64,000 bases of DNA from a virus, in IMG/VR virus record IMGVR_UViG_3300025030_000039, positions 188,878-252,877 of that record. The stretch is one strand, 5' to 3'. The notes under the pieces are model-generated. The model ran no database searches. It was given only the letters and a program-made list of their open reading frames with translations, and had not been told where the DNA came from. Every line of letters begins with the position of its first letter. The stretch's first letter is position 1. A program made the translations under genes and the position numbers. Positions 54,700 to 63,810 of this stretch are shown piece by piece.

Positions 54700-55032
54700 A
54701 TTAAAAATTATAAAATAGTTCATTGAAATGAAACATTTGTGATCCTAACGGTTGGTATTTTAATATAATAAGTATTAAAATATGATACAATATGAAAATA
54801 TTGGACAGTGCGAAACTGAATGAGTTAGGCAATATAAACATCAAATTGATTTTGCTGTGGATGAATATTGAAGCTGTTGACTGTCATGAAAAGATAAATG
54901 ATAAAAATTGCTTACACACCTAATTGTAATATTGGGTATGATTTTTAATTTTTAATAATTATCGCTAAAGTGTAAATGTTCCATATACTATGTATTAAGG
55001 TCGTTTAGCGATAGTTATTTTTATTAATTTTG
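54700..55032 (+). ncRNA. candidate non-coding RNA (~330 nt) between a promoter-like motif and a hairpin/T-run
   Basis: An ORF-free interval bounded upstream by the class B motif. Downstream is a 10-bp perfect inverted repeat, TATCGCTAAA (54960-54969) and TTTAGCGATA (55004-55013), followed by TTATTTTTATTAATTTT. It contains a CCTAACGGTTGG operator-like motif at 54744-54755. Confidence 0.3.
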
Positions 55033-55127
55033 AAATTTTATTATGAAAAATTTGAAGAATTATCAGAAGCTGAGAAGGAATTAAGAAGTTTAATATATGC
55101 ACTTTATTTGAAATAAAATACAAAAAT

Positions 55128-55502
55128 ATGGAAAAATTAAAAGATCTGGAAAAATTAAAAGATTTTATAACAGAAGATGATTTGAATAAATTTAAAGAAG
55201 GTGTAATTGAAACAGCAAGAGAAAATCTTAGAAGAGATAAACAATTATTACCTATTATTCATTTTTTATTCATTAAAGATAATAAATTAGCAGTTGCATT
55301 AATGCCAGTAAATGATTTTATGATTAATGATCAAACAAAAGATATAATGGTTCACTTAGTTAAAAAAACTATTGATGAATTTAATGTATTTGCATTAATT
55401 ATGATACAAGAAGCATGGCTCAGTTCTATTAATATTAATGAAAAAGATACATATCAAGGAAGGCCTTCAGAAGATCCAAATCGTAATTTTCAAATATGCT
55501 AA
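55128..55502 (+). CDS. hypothetical protein (124 aa)
   Basis: Track ORF. Confidence 0.4.
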   Translation: MEKLKDLEKLKDFITEDDLNKFKEGVIETARENLRRDKQLLPIIHFLFIKDNKLAVALMPVNDFMINDQTKDIMVHLVKKTIDEFNVFALIMIQEAWLSSININEKDTYQGRPSEDPNRNFQIC

Positions 55503-55551
55503 AACAAAATCCTGGATTAAATTAAATACTTTAAAATTTATTTTTATCTTT

Positions 55552-55573
55552 GGCCTTTTGTTATTATATTTAT
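55552..55573 (+). promoter_or_regulatory. class B promoter-like motif (GGCCTTTTGTTATTATATTTAT)
   Basis: It sits about 28 nt before the ATG at 55602. Confidence 0.45.
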
Positions 55574-55601
55574 TTAATTAAATTTAAAATTAATTCTAAA
55601 C

Positions 55602-56540
55602 ATGCCAAAGATATTAATGAATTTGGAACAAGCTTTAGATGTATTTAAACATATAATAGCAATAACTGGAGATCAAAATTTTCATTTAGCAGGATCAGCA
55701 AGAAGAGGTAAAAAAGAAAATTTAAAAGATTTAGATATAATCTATTTAGGAGATGAAATTCCTGATATAGAAAATGCTATTTATGTTGCAGATGGACCAT
55801 CATTAAAAAGAATTAAATTAAGATATGAATTTTCAAAAGGAATATTTGATTATGTTTCTATGGATATTCATATTGCGAATAAATTAAATTTCGGTTCTAC
55901 TCTTTTATATTTTACAGGTTCTCGGGAATTTAATATTAATATGAGAAAAAATGCTATGTCTAAAGGATGGAAACTCAATAGACATGGATTGTTTAATCAA
56001 AATAATGAATTAATAGCGGCTGAAAATGAAATAGATATTTTTTCAGCATTAGAAATTCCTTTTGTTAATCCTGTAGATAGAACAATATTTAAATCTGAAC
56101 AAGATGAAGAAAATCAAAAATTAATAAATACTATACGTCAATTAGCAATATTTCATGCTATTGAAGGTGATCATTATCGATCATCAGCATATTTTAAAGC
56201 ATCTTCATCATTACAAGAAATTGGTAATATCAAAAAATCAAAAGAAAATAACGAACTTATTTGTATAGATAATGTTGGAAATTCAATAGCAGCTAAAATC
56301 ATCGAATTTTTTGATACGGGTAAAATACATAAATTAGAAAAATTAAAAGAAACATATCCAGTTGATGTAGAAGGATTATTAAGTTTAGAAGGAGTTGGAT
56401 ACAAAAGCTTATTTAAATTTTATAAATTATTAGGAATAGAAACACTTGATGATTTAAAGAAAGCATGTAAAGAAAATAAAATAGCAAATCTTCAAGGATT
56501 TGGATTATCATCTCAAGAAAAAATATTAAATCAACTATGA
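55602..56540 (+). CDS. DNA polymerase X-like protein with apparently permuted domain order (palm and thumb first, then 8-kDa/HhH fingers)
   Basis: The N-terminal half has the Pol-beta motifs HLAGSARRGKKENLKDLDII (GS.RRG...D.D), LLYFTGSREFNINMRKNAMSKGWKLNRHGLF and ENEIDIFSALEIPFVNP. The C-terminal half holds IDNVGNSIAAKIIEFFDTGKIHKLEKL and LEGVGYKSLFKFYKLLGIETLDDL, helix-hairpin-helix motifs like the Pol-beta 8-kDa and fingers domains. Confidence 0.65.
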   Translation: MPKILMNLEQALDVFKHIIAITGDQNFHLAGSARRGKKENLKDLDIIYLGDEIPDIENAIYVADGPSLKRIKLRYEFSKGIFDYVSMDIHIANKLNFGSTLLYFTGSREFNINMRKNAMSKGWKLNRHGLFNQNNELIAAENEIDIFSALEIPFVNPVDRTIFKSEQDEENQKLINTIRQLAIFHAIEGDHYRSSAYFKASSSLQEIGNIKKSKENNELICIDNVGNSIAAKIIEFFDTGKIHKLEKLKETYPVDVEGLLSLEGVGYKSLFKFYKLLGIETLDDLKKACKENKIANLQGFGLSSQEKILNQL

Positions 56541-56621
56541 CAGAATTTGAAATTATATTAAAACTTTTAGTTGTAATTGCGATTGTATTATGTTTAAGAT
56601 TAAAAATTAAAAAATCTACAA

Positions 56622-56822
56622 ATGAAAAAATGGGAAGAGATATTGAATAAAAAATTTCCTAACGAAGCTTTTGATAATGAATTAACAGCAATTCAAACTT
56701 ATTTATTAATAGCAGATTTAGATGAAGATGGAATTCCTACAAAGGACGAAATAAGAACATATTTAATTGAAATATTTGAAAAAGCATTTGAAAATAAATT
56801 TATGAATTGGGATAAAGTTTGA
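56622..56822 (+). CDS. hypothetical protein (66 aa)
   Basis: Track ORF. Confidence 0.35.
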   Translation: MKKWEEILNKKFPNEAFDNELTAIQTYLLIADLDEDGIPTKDEIRTYLIEIFEKAFENKFMNWDKV

Positions 56823-56826
56823 AGTT

Positions 56827-57183
56827 ATGACAGATACACAATTTACTAATTGGATAATAGATGAAGGAAAAGCAGCATTTGAATGGTATAATAATAAGCC
56901 ACAAGTTATAAAAGATTTAGTTAGAGCATATCCTTATTGTTTTGAATATATTATAAAAGAAAATGCTCCATATTCAATATCAGCGCCAGGCACTATTGTA
57001 AATATAGAATCTTATAGAGAAGATGAAACTGTTAGAGTATCATTTCCAACAAATAAACTAACAGAATCTGCTAAATTACATCTTATAGAATTATGTACCA
57101 AACACAATAAACCATTTCCTGCTGATAATATAATACAAGTAGTTATTATAGAACCTAAATATTTATTAAAAATTGAAAAATGA
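56827..57183 (+). CDS. hypothetical protein (118 aa)
   Basis: Track ORF. Confidence 0.4.
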   Translation: MTDTQFTNWIIDEGKAAFEWYNNKPQVIKDLVRAYPYCFEYIIKENAPYSISAPGTIVNIESYREDETVRVSFPTNKLTESAKLHLIELCTKHNKPFPADNIIQVVIIEPKYLLKIEK

Positions 57184-57383
57184 GCGACAAAAATAAAGAA
57201 ATTTATCAAATAGATACAGTAGATCATAGATTAGATTGTACAGGATATCAAGAAAGTAATTGTTGTGGAGCATTTATAGATTCAGATATTGATTTATGTC
57301 ACGATTGTAAAGAGCATGCTGATACAAGATGTACAGATTGTGATGAAAGTGAAGGTTGTCCAAATAAAAAATATTTCTCATGA
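57180..57383 (+). CDS. small acidic Cys-rich protein (67 aa; 10 Cys in the C-terminal 45 residues)
   Basis: Track ORF with CTGYQESNCCGAFIDSDIDLCHDCKEHADTRCTDCDESEGC. Confidence 0.4.
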   Translation: MSDKNKEIYQIDTVDHRLDCTGYQESNCCGAFIDSDIDLCHDCKEHADTRCTDCDESEGCPNKKYFS

Positions 57384-57916
57384 GTAATGAAATTAATATG
57401 ATTCCTATATTAGAAGGAAAAGGAATACAAGAATCAATATATGGGTTTGCTTCTTCTGAAAACTTTACTATTGAAGAATTATCTGAATCGCTTGTAAATT
57501 TTTTTATAGAAAAAAATATTACTAATTCAATAAATAATCTTATTCTGTTTCATGGTAAAATAGAAGATGCCACTACTAAAAATTTTAGTGTCATACCGTT
57601 AGCATTTCCAGGCAAAATAGATGATATTAAAACTGCTTTAATTGATTCTCCATTTAAATATATTTGTATTATCAGAATAAGAGAACAAGATACTTATATT
57701 AAAATCGGTACTATTTTTCAAATTGAAGAAAACAAAAAGAAATTTAATGCTATTTCTTTATCTGAAGTTTACGATTTAGATACAATTCCAGCCTTTATAG
57801 GTTTGTATATTGGAGAAGACAAAAAATCTAGAATTATAGAATTAATTAAAAAAGATAAAAATTGGATAATTAATCATAATTCAACAATAGAAGACTTAAC
57901 TAAACTATTAATTTGA
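57380..57916 (+). CDS. hypothetical protein (178 aa)
   Basis: Track ORF. Confidence 0.45.
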   Translation: MSNEINMIPILEGKGIQESIYGFASSENFTIEELSESLVNFFIEKNITNSINNLILFHGKIEDATTKNFSVIPLAFPGKIDDIKTALIDSPFKYICIIRIREQDTYIKIGTIFQIEENKKKFNAISLSEVYDLDTIPAFIGLYIGEDKKSRIIELIKKDKNWIINHNSTIEDLTKLLI

Positions 57917-57917
57917 T

Positions 57918-58172
57918 ATGGCTAGATTTAGTTTAAGAAATCAAAATAAAATCGAAAAAACTTTTGGATATGATTTTTTACAATGTTTGTTATCTTCATT
58001 AAAAAAGACTTTTGAAATTAATATAATAGAAGAACATACATATGAAAATGAAAAATATAAAATAATTCATTCTCATAATGTTCAAAAAAATTCAGATAGT
58101 TTTTTCGAGTTGTACATCATAAGTAAAACTTATGATGTATTTAATTTGGCTTATAAATCAACATGTGGTTAA
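57918..58172 (+). CDS. hypothetical protein (84 aa)
   Basis: Track ORF. Confidence 0.35.
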   Translation: MARFSLRNQNKIEKTFGYDFLQCLLSSLKKTFEINIIEEHTYENEKYKIIHSHNVQKNSDSFFELYIISKTYDVFNLAYKSTCG

Positions 58173-58542
58173 TATTATGGAAGCTTTTTATTTTTTTTTA
58201 TTTTTAGTATTTGTTTATTTATTTATAACTCTCTCACTTAAATATATTCATTATAATCAACAAAAAGATTATAATGAATATAAACGTATGATGGATGATA
58301 TCTATAAAGGTCTACAAAGTGAATTACTCAAGCGCCAACAAAAACAATATCCTAAAATTTTAAATGATAATGATAGAGAAAAAATTTATAATATTTATAA
58401 GCATTTTGTATTAAATACAGGTAATGAACAAGAAGTAGCTAAAATGCATTTAAATAAATTTCTAACTAAACATAAAATAACTCTAAATCAATTTTTAAAT
58501 GAATATAAAATACACGGAAAAGAAAAAATACTTAATAACTAA
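58132..58542 (+). CDS. membrane-anchored hypothetical protein (136 aa)
   Basis: Track ORF with an N-terminal hydrophobic helix. Confidence 0.4.
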   Translation: MMYLIWLINQHVVNIMEAFYFFLFLVFVYLFITLSLKYIHYNQQKDYNEYKRMMDDIYKGLQSELLKRQQKQYPKILNDNDREKIYNIYKHFVLNTGNEQEVAKMHLNKFLTKHKITLNQFLNEYKIHGKEKILNN

Positions 58543-58732
58543 AAAAGATTTAATTCAAATTTCTGGATTAATTATTTGCTTTTTAATAGGATATCTTTCT
58601 AGTAATAAATCTATAATAAAAGGAATTATAATGTCTTTATGTTATGGATTGTTAATGTTTTTGATAATATTTATTATAAAATTATACCAAAGAAAACAAA
58701 AACGTGATTTTTTCAAAAATATAAAATACTAA
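58499..58732 (+). CDS. small membrane protein (two TM segments)
   Basis: Track ORF. Confidence 0.35.
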   Translation: MNIKYTEKKKYLITKKDLIQISGLIICFLIGYLSSNKSIIKGIIMSLCYGLLMFLIIFIIKLYQRKQKRDFFKNIKY

Positions 58733-58899
58733 AACTTATGGAATATAAAGAATTTATAGATAAATGGCTGACCAAAAATTCAAATGAAAATAAAATTGAA
58801 TTTATTAATGATACAATAAAATTATGTAGAACAACAATTGATAAAAAAATATTATCGTTAATAGAATCAGGTGATTTAGAAATTGGCAAACAAACATAA

Positions 58900-59109
58900 A
58901 TGGAAAAATGTACTAGATGTGGTAAATGTTGCTTAGCTGCACCGTGTTGTTTAATTCCAATAGGAAAAGAAGTATATGAAAAAAAGGATGGTAAAAAAAT
59001 ACATAAATGTAAATTTTTTACATTCGATAAAAATCTTGCAAAATGCAGAGCATATAAATTAGTAAATAATGGAGGATTTTGTACATCTTCTATAAAAATA
59101 AAAGTTTAA
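58900..59109 (+). CDS. YkgJ/UPF0153-type CxxCxxCC putative Fe-S or zinc-chelating protein
   Basis: CTRCGKCCLAAPCC matches the CxxCGxCC signature of the UPF0153 family. There are additional Cys downstream. Confidence 0.5.
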   Translation: MEKCTRCGKCCLAAPCCLIPIGKEVYEKKDGKKIHKCKFFTFDKNLAKCRAYKLVNNGGFCTSSIKIKV

Positions 59110-59181
59110 ATACTTTAAATAAAATTTTTTCTATAATTTAAAAGTTATTATATTTATATAACGATTAAATAATTATAAAAT

Positions 59182-59958
59182 ATGCTAATAGATTTAACTT
59201 TAAAATGTAACGAACAATGTACTCATTGTATGGTAGATGCTCTTCCGACAGGTAAACATATGGAAGAAAAAACATTCATAGATTTATGTGGTTTCTTATT
59301 TATAATTAAACCTCCTATTGTTCAAATAAGCGGTGGTGAATTTACTCTTCATACTAATTTTTATGAGTATATTCAAAGATTAACTAATATGCTTCCAGAA
59401 AGTATGTTTTTACTTGAAAGCAATGGTTCATTTATAAATGATAAAGATAAAGTCAAAAAATTAAAAGATTTATTATCTATAAAAAATGTATATGGGCTTC
59501 AAATTAGAACTCATGAAAAATACTATCCAAACTTTGAAAATACAATGAAGAATCAAATGATTTTAAAATCATTACATCCTAAAGTTATGTTTTTCTCAGA
59601 TGGTATAGATGAGTTAGTTCCTATAGGAAGAGCAAAAACTAATTATCCAGATAACATAGCAACTAGAAGACCTCAGTGTTCAAATGTATTTTTATTAATT
59701 AAACAACCTGCTGCTAAAATAACTTCATTTAAAGAATTAATATTTACGTTACAAAGAAATGGAATATTCTGTAAACCTATGATTGATATCGAAGGAAATA
59801 TTAGAGCTGGTGAAACTCCATTTTGTCAAAAGTTTGGACATATTACCGATTCTTTAGATACTTTGTTCAATAATATTAAGAAAAGTGTACCGTGTGATGC
59901 TTGCGGATTAGTTAAAAATTACAAGCCTATAGAAAAATCTATTATATTCTCAGTTTAA
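59182..59958 (+). CDS. radical SAM protein (small, 4Fe-4S CX3CX2C plus SGGE motif), with extra C-terminal Cys residues
   Basis: LTLKCNEQCTHC is CX3CX2C. The QISGGEFTLH glycine-rich SAM-binding motif is typical of the activating-enzyme/QueE-like radical SAM subfamily. Five more Cys lie in the C-terminal third, ending in CDACG. Confidence 0.65.
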   Translation: MLIDLTLKCNEQCTHCMVDALPTGKHMEEKTFIDLCGFLFIIKPPIVQISGGEFTLHTNFYEYIQRLTNMLPESMFLLESNGSFINDKDKVKKLKDLLSIKNVYGLQIRTHEKYYPNFENTMKNQMILKSLHPKVMFFSDGIDELVPIGRAKTNYPDNIATRRPQCSNVFLLIKQPAAKITSFKELIFTLQRNGIFCKPMIDIEGNIRAGETPFCQKFGHITDSLDTLFNNIKKSVPCDACGLVKNYKPIEKSIIFSV

Positions 59959-59994
59959 GTTTAATTAAATACTTTATTAAACATTTTTAAATCT

Positions 59995-60016
59995 GGTCCT
60001 TTGTTATTAAATTTAT
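59995..60016 (+). promoter_or_regulatory. class B promoter-like motif (GGTCCTTTGTTATTAAATTTAT)
   Basis: It sits about 60 nt before the ATG at 60077. Confidence 0.4.
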
Positions 60017-60076
60017 ACTATAATTAAATTTTTATAAACATATTAATTACAAATAATTAAAAAATAAAATTTCTAT

Positions 60077-60472
60077 ATGGAAAATACAGAACAAAGTGTA
60101 AATTTATCATGGGTATATGATATTATGCATAGTAATGGAAATGTTGATATAAATTGTAAAGAAGTTTATACTCAATTATTTAATTTTGCATCAATGCTTT
60201 CTAAATCATCGGCATTTGCAGTAAAAGCACATCATGTATTTAGTTTTTTAAATGGAAAATCATCTTTTGATATTAAACAAGATGTTCAATTAATTCCAAA
60301 ATTTGGTACCAAACCTGAATTTGCAATATATCAAATAAATAAAGGTGAATATGAACTTAGAAAAGAAGGTACAATTATTCTTAAAGGTTTAAATGAAGGT
60401 TTAGCAAGAAAAATATTTAATGATATCAGAGTAGCAAGTGAACCAGAAATTCAGAAAAAATTTAAAGCATAA
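60077..60472 (+). CDS. hypothetical protein (131 aa)
   Basis: Track ORF. Confidence 0.45.
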   Translation: MENTEQSVNLSWVYDIMHSNGNVDINCKEVYTQLFNFASMLSKSSAFAVKAHHVFSFLNGKSSFDIKQDVQLIPKFGTKPEFAIYQINKGEYELRKEGTIILKGLNEGLARKIFNDIRVASEPEIQKKFKA

Positions 60473-60704
60473 TTATATGAATCACTTAAAGGAAAAAATA
60501 CTAAATGACTTTAAAGTTAATCCATATTCATTATGGGCTAAAAAGTTTGATAGTGAACTTCATATTCCACATCAAATGAAAAAGGGAGATGGTACTTTAT
60601 GTGGTTCATCATCAGCATTATTAGGCAATAATTATGCACCTCATAAAAAAGATTTACCAATATGTAATAAATGCTTAGAAATAAAATATAATGAACATAA
60701 ATAA
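60438..60704 (+). CDS. hypothetical protein (88 aa; C-terminal CNKC)
   Basis: Track ORF. Confidence 0.35.
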   Translation: MNQKFRKNLKHNYMNHLKEKILNDFKVNPYSLWAKKFDSELHIPHQMKKGDGTLCGSSSALLGNNYAPHKKDLPICNKCLEIKYNEHK

Positions 60705-61005
60705 ATATACTGGAATAGCTTCTGCTAATGGATTAGAATGTATAACTCCATATGATGAAAAAACATTTGGAATGGCTATAGTAAGAGCAGAAGCAAATGA
60801 TCAAAGGCATTCAGTCGCATTCACTATAGAATTAGAAGAACCTATGTATGATGCACTCCAGGAAATGATAAATGAAGGAGATGCAGAAGTTGCTTTAATA
60901 GCTATAAAAAATGCATCAGGCATACAATTTCCATCAAATAAATTCAAACCATATTCTAAAAATTGGGATATTATACCAAATACAAAATTAGATCCTCATG
61001 CTTAA
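60691..61005 (+). CDS. hypothetical protein (104 aa)
   Basis: Track ORF. Confidence 0.4.
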   Translation: MNINKYTGIASANGLECITPYDEKTFGMAIVRAEANDQRHSVAFTIELEEPMYDALQEMINEGDAEVALIAIKNASGIQFPSNKFKPYSKNWDIIPNTKLDPHA

Positions 61006-61501
61006 TTTGAATCAATATCAAAAAGGTAATTTGGAAGTTGTTAATAACTTCCTTAGTTATAAAAAAGAAAGAATAATTCAATCTTTTAAACCGTTTACAT
61101 TAGAAGAAATAAAAAATTATAATCATTCTAACAATAGAAATGATTATAAAGATTTAAAACGTAGATTAAAAGAAGAAGAAAGTAATTTCAAAAGTTGTAA
61201 AAAACTATTAATATCATTAGCTTGTAATAGTGTTAAAGATAATTATAATGCAAGAGTAGGTTCAGGTAATGGTTTTGAATTTAAAAATTTAAAAGACTAT
61301 TCCGTACATGATATTAATGATATGCTAAAAGACATTCTTTTAAAACAAAAAAATATTATCGATTGTACAAATTATACGGATAAATATTTTGTCTTTTATG
61401 ATACTGGCTTTAGAGGTCTAGGAGGTTATTCTTATGGGATAACTATGATTAAAAAAGAAGATATTGATAAGCCTTTTACAAAACATGTAACATTTAATTA
61501 A
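60998..61501 (+). CDS. hypothetical protein (167 aa)
   Basis: Track ORF. Confidence 0.45.
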   Translation: MLNLNQYQKGNLEVVNNFLSYKKERIIQSFKPFTLEEIKNYNHSNNRNDYKDLKRRLKEEESNFKSCKKLLISLACNSVKDNYNARVGSGNGFEFKNLKDYSVHDINDMLKDILLKQKNIIDCTNYTDKYFVFYDTGFRGLGGYSYGITMIKKEDIDKPFTKHVTFN

Positions 61502-61813
61502 ATGATTAAAGTAGATAGCATAGTTATTATTCAATATCTTAATAATAACTTTATTCAAACTAAAAAAATTATATCTACAGAACATTTATTATTTGTAAAA
61601 GCAAATTATAAAACATACATTTCACTTCCAAAAAAAGAACAAGACAAATTCAAAAGAGAAAATAAAATTGAATTAGAACCTTATTATGAAATTCCTGAAG
61701 TATCGCCAATGGGATCACCTATGATGAATTCTAAAATTGGCGATATTTGTGAAATGTATTTATCTGAAAATCAAGGAGGATATCATTACTTTAAAATCTT
61801 AAATATACAATGA
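61502..61813 (+). CDS. hypothetical protein (103 aa)
   Basis: Track ORF. Confidence 0.4.
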   Translation: MIKVDSIVIIQYLNNNFIQTKKIISTEHLLFVKANYKTYISLPKKEQDKFKRENKIELEPYYEIPEVSPMGSPMMNSKIGDICEMYLSENQGGYHYFKILNIQ

Positions 61814-62262
61814 AAACTTTATTATTAGATATAGATTATACAATGGCTCACGAACAGGAGCCAAGACCATTCTTAAAAGAATTTTTACTCACATTAAAAG
61901 AACAATACAACTTAGTTATTTATACAGGAGGTACTTCTAGTAGAGTAACAGACTTTCTAAGAATACTTTATCATAAATTAGAAATAAAAGATAGAGAATT
62001 TATACATGATTTACAAATTACAGCATTACATAGAGGTAATTGTGATTTAATTGAATATCCTACTTCTAGCTGTTCTTCAATTTATATTAAATGCTTAAAG
62101 AAAGCATCTGAAATATTAAATATTCCAGTTGAAGATCTTACTCTTATTGATGATACAGTTCATTGTGAAGACCCTTATATTAAACAAATTATTCAGGCTG
62201 AAGGATTCTATGGACAAGAAAATGATGATTATTTACAAAGACTTTTAAAACAATTAATATGA
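61810..62262 (+). CDS. HAD-superfamily phosphatase-like protein
   Basis: LLLDIDYTM is the DxDxT motif I. VIYTGGTSS is the motif II Ser/Thr. LIDDT is the motif IV DD. Confidence 0.55.
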   Translation: MKTLLLDIDYTMAHEQEPRPFLKEFLLTLKEQYNLVIYTGGTSSRVTDFLRILYHKLEIKDREFIHDLQITALHRGNCDLIEYPTSSCSSIYIKCLKKASEILNIPVEDLTLIDDTVHCEDPYIKQIIQAEGFYGQENDDYLQRLLKQLI

Positions 62263-62822
62263 TAAAAGTATTATATGCTGGAATGGCAGATGATATTCTT
62301 TTACCTTTATTACTAATTCCGACTTTTAATGAACTATTTGTAATATGTGAATTTGATATCGCATTTGCAAAAAATAGAAGTTGGAAAGGTCAAAAGGATG
62401 ATATCAAACAAATTTTATTTAATGGTAATAATGAAAATTCTCATCATAGAGATATCTATTTATTATATTATAAAGATACACCTATTTTTAATTTAGATGA
62501 ACCTTGTATTATAATCGATGAAAAAGATATTGATAATTGTTGGACATTAATATTTTCATACAATAATAAAATAAGAAAATTAATTTATTATCATCATACA
62601 AATTTTTTAACCGAATGGGATAAAAGTATTACTGATATTAATCATGTCTTAAGTGTAGGTGCACCCTTTCCAATTGATGATAAAATACTAAATAAAATGG
62701 TAAAAGAAAGATGTACATTAGATTGTTTATATTACGATCAATTTACAGTAAATAAAAATACTAAAAAAGTTAATCTAATGGATAGATTAATTTACATTAA
62801 TAATATTAAAGAATTATTATGA
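62259..62822 (+). CDS. hypothetical protein (187 aa)
   Basis: Track ORF. Confidence 0.45.
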   Translation: MIKVLYAGMADDILLPLLLIPTFNELFVICEFDIAFAKNRSWKGQKDDIKQILFNGNNENSHHRDIYLLYYKDTPIFNLDEPCIIIDEKDIDNCWTLIFSYNNKIRKLIYYHHTNFLTEWDKSITDINHVLSVGAPFPIDDKILNKMVKERCTLDCLYYDQFTVNKNTKKVNLMDRLIYINNIKELL

Positions 62823-63124
62823 GCTTAATTACGCATGAAATTTTAGTTACCAAAGGATTTAAAGAAGAAACAACACAAGTTCCCGTAATGACCATGAAAT
62901 GGTCATGGAAAAAGTTTAAGTTTATCCCTGATGAAAAATTATGCATACCAGGTCCTATTCTATCTACTTATAAAAAAGGAATTTTAACTATTCATACAGA
63001 ATCCGTAGCAGCAGGCGATTTTGCTTTGTATATAAAAGTAGGAGATGATAAACCAAGAAGATTTGATGAAATGGAAGAAAGACATTTAGAAGGTTTAATA
63101 GAGGGATTATGCTTAAATGGATAA
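62819..63124 (+). CDS. hypothetical protein (101 aa)
   Basis: Track ORF. Confidence 0.4.
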   Translation: MSLITHEILVTKGFKEETTQVPVMTMKWSWKKFKFIPDEKLCIPGPILSTYKKGILTIHTESVAAGDFALYIKVGDDKPRRFDEMEERHLEGLIEGLCLNG

Positions 63125-63279
63125 TAAAGTCAAAATAACAACAATAACTGAAGTAGAAGGACATATTGATGTATATTCAGAAGCTATTCCTTCTAATGTC
63201 AACGTTACATATTTTAATGAATGTGGTGTTTATGAAGGTTATGTTGTAACATATTCTTATATAGATAAAAATAAATTAA

Positions 63280-63810
63280 ATGAACATAGCGGTTAAAGAT
63301 TTAAAATTAGGTGATACTTTTGAATTTGATTTTACATTAAAATACAATATCAAAATTAATAAAGATAAAGGGTTTAAACCTCTTTTAGAATTTAAAGGAA
63401 TTAATTTTGAAGGTTTATGGAATGTAATAAAAATAGGACCTTCTTACAAACATTGCAAACAAAATAAAACAAAATTAATTATTTATACTAGTAAAAGATT
63501 TGGATTACAAGAAGTATTTGCAATTTCTAGAAATAAAAATGTATTTCAAAATGCCGGACTTATTACTCTGGTCTTAGATAGAAACATTCAGAATCCTATA
63601 ATGACAGATTCTGATAAATTACATGAGTATCTAGGATATACATCATATTTAAAAGATGTAATATTTAATAAAAATCGTGCAGATAAAATGAGTCTAGATG
63701 AATTTATAATTTTGTGTAATGATTTAATTAAAGCAACTAAAAAAATGAAAAAAGACATAAACCAGAATTACCCTTATGTTGACTTTTCAAAAAATTATAT
63801 GCAGATTTAA
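63280..63810 (+). CDS. hypothetical protein (176 aa)
   Basis: Track ORF. Confidence 0.45.
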   Translation: MNIAVKDLKLGDTFEFDFTLKYNIKINKDKGFKPLLEFKGINFEGLWNVIKIGPSYKHCKQNKTKLIIYTSKRFGLQEVFAISRNKNVFQNAGLITLVLDRNIQNPIMTDSDKLHEYLGYTSYLKDVIFNKNRADKMSLDEFIILCNDLIKATKKMKKDINQNYPYVDFSKNYMQI

